A model generated the notes under the pieces. It saw only the letters and a program-made list of their open reading frames with translations. It had not been told where the DNA came from and did no database searches. 32,000 bases of DNA from Wolbachia endosymbiont strain TRS of Brugia malayi (GTDB lineage Bacteria > Pseudomonadota > Alphaproteobacteria > Rickettsiales > Anaplasmataceae): contig NC_006833.1 of NCBI RefSeq assembly GCF_000008385.1, positions 450,001 through 482,000 of the forward strand, read 5' to 3'. The position numbers and the translations under genes were made by a program. Positions 27,156-32,000 of this stretch are shown here, piece after piece (positions within the stretch are counted from its first letter, which is position 1; each line of letters begins with the position of its first letter).

Positions 27156-28109
27156 TCAATTCACTTCTATTTCATGCAACTTTTTTATTTTACCAACAGA
27201 AAGACCTATTATTTCAGCTATAGCACCTATAGACATACCTGCCTTAAGTGAATTTTTCGCTACTGCTATTTTAGCTTTCTTCACACCTTCCTCCCTACCC
27301 TTCTCTGCTCCAACTTTGATGCCTCTCTCTTTGCTGATTTTGACACCTTCTTCTCTACCTTTTTCAGTAGCAAGATCAAGTCTGTATTCAAGGATGGCTT
27401 TTTCTTTCTGTAGATTCATTACTCTTTCTTCATACGCTATTATATCTTCTTCATTCCAATGAAACTCATCTAACCCATCGTATGCTAGCTTTATTATTAG
27501 TACTTTTTTGGCAACCCTTTTTAGATCTGTTTCAGTGGTATCCTCTGCATTCTTAAAAAAGAAGCACCAATGCTCTACTATATTTATTAATTGCTCTACT
27601 TTACTCTTAGAAAATTTAGGTAGTTCAATAAAGATAAATTGAAAATCTTTCAAGTAATGGCCATTGGTTTTTGTATCATGTATATTATGAGTAGATATAT
27701 AATCAACCTTTTCAGAGAGTAAGTTACAATTGGAAATTGCAATAAAGAAAACTTTCTTTAAATCAACAATGTAATTACCAGATTTATCTAATTGCCTTGA
27801 GTAAGCCTTAACAGCATAAGGTTGAACACGTTTTTCAAAGCCTTTGTTTATAGCGAGCTGCACTTCAATTACACGCCTAGTTCCAGTGGCATCCTTGCAG
27901 AAAACATCAACTATTATGCTTTGTTTGTTAGAGGCAATTTCAGGATCGATTATAGCGCTTAAGAATTCTACCTCTTGTATAGCATTTATTTCAGCGAATC
28001 CTAAAATATTATTGAGAAAGCAAATAATAATCTTCTTATTCTTTTCAGTGCCAAAGATTTTCTTAAATATTAGGTCAAATTTCAGATCAAGAAATTTTGA
28101 TAAAGCCAT
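27156..28109 (-). CDS. Rpn-family recombination-promoting nuclease / putative PD-(D/E)XK transposase
   Basis: 317 aa with the N-terminal motif DLIFKKIFG and a PD-(D/E)XK-like core IIVDVFCKD...RRVIEVQLA. The C-terminus has an EKGREEGVK x2 repeat followed by AKNSLKAGMSIGAIAEIIGLSVGKIKKL, which is typical of Rpn/transposase_31 proteins. Confidence 0.75.
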   Translation of the reverse strand: MALSKFLDLKFDLIFKKIFGTEKNKKIIICFLNNILGFAEINAIQEVEFLSAIIDPEIASNKQSIIVDVFCKDATGTRRVIEVQLAINKGFEKRVQPYAVKAYSRQLDKSGNYIVDLKKVFFIAISNCNLLSEKVDYISTHNIHDTKTNGHYLKDFQFIFIELPKFSKSKVEQLINIVEHWCFFFKNAEDTTETDLKRVAKKVLIIKLAYDGLDEFHWNEEDIIAYEERVMNLQKEKAILEYRLDLATEKGREEGVKISKERGIKVGAEKGREEGVKKAKIAVAKNSLKAGMSIGAIAEIIGLSVGKIKKLHEIEVN

Positions 28110-28196
28110 GACACAATAACCTTTAAAACTTTAATATTATATACTATGATACAAAATTTATCAAAAATTTTTTAATATAGTAATCAGCATATATAT

Positions 28197-29222
28197 TTAT
28201 AACCCTCGACCCGGCAAATTTCCAGTAAAGAGTAGTACTCCTGAAATGAGTATTACCCAAAGCACAGATATTGGTAGAAACACTTTCCAACCAAGACGCA
28301 TTAACTGATCATATCGATAACGAGGTATTGTTGCCCTAGTCCAAACAAATATAAATAGTAGCAAAACTATTTTTAAAACGAACCAAATTAATCCTGGTAT
28401 TTTATACAGTAAACTAAGCTTTAGTGGAGGATACCATCCTCCTAAAAAGAATATTGTCATCATAGCACTTCCTAAAATCATGTTTGCATATTCCCCTAAG
28501 AAAAAGAGAGCAAAAGGCATTGACGAATACTCGACATTATATCCAGAAACAAGTTCTGCCTCGGCTTCTGGTAAATCAAATGGGTGACGGTTAGTTTCTG
28601 CAAGTAGAGAAATAAAAAACACTACTCCTATGGGCATCATTAGCAAATCAATCCAAAACGGCATACTGTGTTTTGTAGCTACCATCTCTCCAAGATTCAG
28701 CGTACCAGTCGTAATCACAACTGTGGCCACTATTAAGCCCATTGAGACCTCATATGAAATCATCTGGGCAGCTGACCTTATGCTACCCAAAAATGCATAA
28801 TTGGAATTACTTGACCAGCCTGCAACAATAATGCCATATATCCCTAGAGAGGATATAGCTAACACATAGAGTACTCCAATATTAACATTTGCTATCACTT
28901 TAGGAATCACTATCTGCTGTCCGTTTTCCGTAATTACTTCAGCGCCAAATGGTATTACTGCCCAAACAATTAATGCTAAAATAAAAGTAAGCATCGGAGC
29001 CATTATGAACAATATGGTATTTGCTCTAAACGGTATTATCGGTTCTTTGACTAGTAGCTTAATAGCATCTGCAAATGGCTGTAATAGTCCAAAAGGCCCA
29101 ACCACGCTTGGACCATGTCTCAGTTGAATTGCACCAATGACTTTACGCTCAAAGTACACTAAATATGCAACCGAGAACAGTAGCGGTATCATAATAAATA
29201 AGATATTAACTAGCGTGTTCAT
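28197..29222 (-). CDS. nuoH: NADH-quinone oxidoreductase subunit H
   Basis: 341-aa polytopic ORF with [32 protein letters not shown] and [26 protein letters not shown]. Confidence 0.95.
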   Translation of the reverse strand: MNTLVNILFIMIPLLFSVAYLVYFERKVIGAIQLRHGPSVVGPFGLLQPFADAIKLLVKEPIIPFRANTILFIMAPMLTFILALIVWAVIPFGAEVITENGQQIVIPKVIANVNIGVLYVLAISSLGIYGIIVAGWSSNSNYAFLGSIRSAAQMISYEVSMGLIVATVVITTGTLNLGEMVATKHSMPFWIDLLMMPIGVVFFISLLAETNRHPFDLPEAEAELVSGYNVEYSSMPFALFFLGEYANMILGSAMMTIFFLGGWYPPLKLSLLYKIPGLIWFVLKIVLLLFIFVWTRATIPRYRYDQLMRLGWKVFLPISVLWVILISGVLLFTGNLPGRGL

Positions 29223-31254
29223 AAAAAGCCTTAGTACAATTTGCCATTATTTTCGAAGCACGACTTATTGAATCTGTCATATAGAAATTACACTCTTTTA
29301 GGAAGAAAGGTACACTACTTAATTTTATCTCGTTGCAGGTAATTGACATCCATTTGTTTTTTACCACTTGATCAGTGTTTCTAAATTGTGGGCCAATAGC
29401 ATCTAACTTTTTTCTCACGTCAAATAAACTATCATATGGTAAGGAAAGACCCAAATACTGGGATAAATTCTTAATAATCGACCAATCCTCCTTTGCTTCA
29501 CCAGGGGGAGATACAGCTAACTTTGCCCTCTGCACTCGCCCTTCAGTGTTTACATAAGTTGCATATTTCTCTGTATATGCAGCTCCAGGTAAGATAATGT
29601 CTGCCATGTGTGCCCCTCTGTCTCCATGATGGCCTTGGTAAATCACAAAAGCATTTTCTAATTTTAATGTGTTAATTTCATCTGCACCGAGAAGATAAAC
29701 AACTTCTATCTCGCCACTTTCTGCTTGTTCCAGTATTTGGTTAATATTTTTTCCATCTTTTTTAGGAACGAACCCAATATCTAGTCCACCAACTCTTGCT
29801 GCAGCTTTATGCAGCACATTAAAGCCATTCCAGTCATTTCTAACCATGTTAAACTTTTCTGCGATTGCACCAGCTAGAGCTAAAATTGATTCAGAATCAT
29901 CCCTTGTCAATGCATCTTGACCGATAATGAGCATAGGGTTCTGAGCAGCGCTAAGCAGCTTGCAAAATTTATGATTCCCTTTTGCTATTTCATTTAAAAC
30001 ACCAGGATTATTACCCAACTTTTCAACGTGATATAAGTATTCAATGTCAGGACCGATGCTTGCAATAGGAAAATTACCTTGTAAATATCTTTTTCTTATA
30101 CGCGCATTAATAATAGGTGCCTCTACTTTGGGATTTGTGTTTATAAGTAGGCATAGATCTACATTTTCTATACCTTCGATAGTGGTATTGAACACATATG
30201 ACCCACGATTATTTGGTATAAGTTTTGCTCCATCCTGTCTGCAATCTATATTTGATGAACCGAGCTTCTGCATAATTTCTTTCAGTAGAAGCATAGACTC
30301 ACAATCCGCTAAATCGCCTGCAATGGCAGCTATTTTGTTCGGTTTTGTACTCCTTAGTTTTTTTGCAGCAACAGTTAGTGCTTCATTCCAATCAGCTGGA
30401 ACTAACCTATTGTCTCTCTTTATATATGGTTGATCGAGGCGTTGCACTTTGAGTCCATCATAAGCAAAACGAGTTTTATCTGATATCCATTCCTCGTTTA
30501 CTTCTTCATTGAGTCTTGGCAGTATTCGCATAACTTCTGGACCACGATAATCAACTCTAATACTGCTTCCCACAGCATCAAGTACATCTATAGTTTCACA
30601 GTGTGATAGCTCCCATGGACGTGCTGTAAAAGAGTAAGGTTTTGAAGTTAAAGCCCCTACAGGACAAAGATCTATTATATTTCCAGATAATTCAGAGCTA
30701 ATGTGTTTTTTTATGTAAGTGCTGATTTCCATATTCTCTCCTCTTCCAATTCCTCCAAGTTCGTTTGTACCTGCAACGTCAGACAAGAATCTAATACACC
30801 GAGTACAATGAATGCATCGATTCATCGCAGCTTCAATCAGTTGCCCAAAATGTTTTTTTGGTATAGCTCTTTTATGCTCATCAAACCTGCTGTTTCCTTT
30901 TCCATAGACCACAGTTATATCTTGCAAATCGCACTCACCACCTTGATCACAAATTGGACAATCAAGCGGATGGTTGATTAGTAAAAACTCGAGCACTCCT
31001 TCACGTGCCTTTTTGACTTTAGGGGTGTCAGTGTAAATAACCATACCTTCTGCAACTGGCATTGCACAGGAGGCTACTGGTTTTGGAGGTCCACCTTTCA
31101 CTTCAACCAGACACATTCTGCAGTTACCTGCAATTGCTAAACGCTCATGGTAACAGAAGCGTGGAATTTCAACGCCCACGGTTTCACAAGCTTGAATTAT
31201 AGTAAGCCCAGGCTTTACTTCACATTCCTGAGAATTAATAGTAATTTTAACCAC
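29206..31254 (-). CDS. nuoG: NADH-quinone oxidoreductase subunit G
   Basis: 682 aa with the 2Fe-2S region [19 protein letters not shown] and the 4Fe-4S motifs [18 protein letters not shown] and [10 protein letters not shown]. Overlaps nuoH by 17 nt. Confidence 0.95.
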   Translation of the reverse strand: MVKITINSQECEVKPGLTIIQACETVGVEIPRFCYHERLAIAGNCRMCLVEVKGGPPKPVASCAMPVAEGMVIYTDTPKVKKAREGVLEFLLINHPLDCPICDQGGECDLQDITVVYGKGNSRFDEHKRAIPKKHFGQLIEAAMNRCIHCTRCIRFLSDVAGTNELGGIGRGENMEISTYIKKHISSELSGNIIDLCPVGALTSKPYSFTARPWELSHCETIDVLDAVGSSIRVDYRGPEVMRILPRLNEEVNEEWISDKTRFAYDGLKVQRLDQPYIKRDNRLVPADWNEALTVAAKKLRSTKPNKIAAIAGDLADCESMLLLKEIMQKLGSSNIDCRQDGAKLIPNNRGSYVFNTTIEGIENVDLCLLINTNPKVEAPIINARIRKRYLQGNFPIASIGPDIEYLYHVEKLGNNPGVLNEIAKGNHKFCKLLSAAQNPMLIIGQDALTRDDSESILALAGAIAEKFNMVRNDWNGFNVLHKAAARVGGLDIGFVPKKDGKNINQILEQAESGEIEVVYLLGADEINTLKLENAFVIYQGHHGDRGAHMADIILPGAAYTEKYATYVNTEGRVQRAKLAVSPPGEAKEDWSIIKNLSQYLGLSLPYDSLFDVRKKLDAIGPQFRNTDQVVKNKWMSITCNEIKLSSVPFFLKECNFYMTDSISRASKIMANCTKAFYEHAS

Positions 31255-31267
31255 AAGTTTAAACCTA

Positions 31268-31480
31268 CTATACAGCTTCCCACTTTATAGGGTTACCGCT
31301 CACTTCATCTTCAACTAGATTGCCATTATCATATTGAGCAGATATATAATTCATGCGTGAATCACGGTCTATATATCTGACCGGTTTTACTGGCTTATTT
31401 TTATACATTTTTTGTTCTGCTTTTTTACGTTGAGTAGGGTTATTTTTACTAGCTGTTTTCGCTTTTCCGTCTGCTGCCAT
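31268..31480 (-). CDS. small basic hypothetical protein (70 aa)
   Basis: The ORF is preceded by a strong Shine-Dalgarno sequence (minus strand tAGGAGttcatATG). It ends 13 nt upstream of the nuoG start on the same strand. The N-terminal half is lysine-rich. I recognise no family. Confidence 0.5.
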   Translation of the reverse strand: MAADGKAKTASKNNPTQRKKAEQKMYKNKPVKPVRYIDRDSRMNYISAQYDNGNLVEDEVSGNPIKWEAV

Positions 31481-31575
31481 ATGAACTCCTAAAAACTTCT
31501 TATTTTATTTTAAGACTTAAGTGTATAGCGTCAATATTAAATAACTTTAAAGTTTTAATGAATAGCTAGAAATGC

Positions 31576-31878
31576 AAAAAGCTACTTGACAAATCTTGCC
31601 AACCACTATAGCACTGAAGTATTCAGTCATCTTTAATCTGTGCAGATTAAATAACAAAGTATCACGTAGTTAGCATCTTATGTTTAATTTTTTGCACTAT
31701 GTGCACCCTTACTTCTTTACAATATTTCTTAGGTTTTTACCTATATAAGCTGGAACGCGCTTATAAAGCATTTAAGACAGTATAGTACGCCAATTTGCAA
31801 GATTAGAGAGTAAACACTATCTGCTCGAGATATCTTTTGCCTTTTTTTCTATTTAATAAATCTCTTAATGTTTGTAGC
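31576..31878 (+). repeat. copy D of the ~300-bp intergenic repeat family
   Basis: All blocks are present on the plus strand. TTGACA is at 31586-31591, but only a weak -10 follows (tatagc after 15 nt). A perfect palindromic box tgcactatgtgca lies at 31693-31705. An internal hairpin tataagc/gcttata is also present. Confidence 0.7.
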
Positions 31879-31880
31879 TA

Positions 31881-31980
31881 CTGTCATCCCGCTACTTGTT
31901 AGCAGGACCTAGAGATGCCACAAATGAATTGCGAGATAACGTAGGGCTGCGATACCCCAGCGCGTGATGCTGGTTTCTCA
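31881..31980. repeat. palindromic-element copies directly abutting repeat copy D
   Basis: ctgtcatcccgctacttgttagcaggacc and ccccagcgcgtgatgctggtttc. The arms match those of the elements at 11001-11080 and 13300-13525. Confidence 0.55.
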
Positions 31981-32000
31981 TACTGAAAAACCATAGGATG

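Noticed and set aside
1-32000. Search for CRISPR arrays, tRNA/rRNA/tmRNA genes, cif-like or other toxin operons, ankyrin-repeat genes and secretion-system genes
   Set aside because: I saw no regularly spaced direct repeats, no cloverleaf-compatible intergenic sequence and no diagnostic protein motifs. The intergenic regions are accounted for by the two repeat families and the pseudogenes. A tRNAscan or Infernal run would be needed to exclude small RNAs formally.

Overview
AT-rich chromosomal segment of a Rickettsiales endosymbiont. My recognition, not a search result, says Wolbachia (Anaplasmataceae). The pointers are a long eukaryote-like IleRS, an Mg-type HemB, a detached nuoG-nuoH pair, an Rpn/PD-(D/E)XK paralog, a WO-phage-type large serine recombinase relic, and GTCATCCCAGTG...CACTGGGAT palindromic repeats. 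The backbone is housekeeping: prfA (3' end), an MFS transporter, alaS, ileS, miaB, nth, icd, a pgpA-like gene, glyQ-glyS-uvrC, hemB, nuoH and nuoG. Four genes are visibly decayed: a GDSL lipase, a J-domain membrane protein, an RDD protein and a serine recombinase. I see no multi-gene toxin, defence or secretion operon, no CRISPR array and no tRNA or rRNA gene. Three things are not explained by ordinary annotation. (1) A nested-palindrome repeat family occurs in intergenic DNA and is also inserted in frame in ileS (twice) and alaS (once), similar to Rickettsia palindromic elements. (2) A roughly 300-bp non-coding repeat family has four diverged copies in 32 kb. Each copy starts with a sigma70-like TTGAYA/-10 pair, carries a conserved TGYACTATGTRCA palindrome, and points towards an adjacent gene or pseudogene where the downstream sequence lies in the window (three of four copies); it could be a sRNA or a portable promoter. 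(3) An 885-aa orphan protein has an N-terminal hydrophobic anchor and about 700 aa of charged coiled coil, making it a candidate secreted or vacuole-membrane effector. All calls come from reading the ORF translations and the DNA by eye. Repeat boundaries are approximate to about 10 bp.
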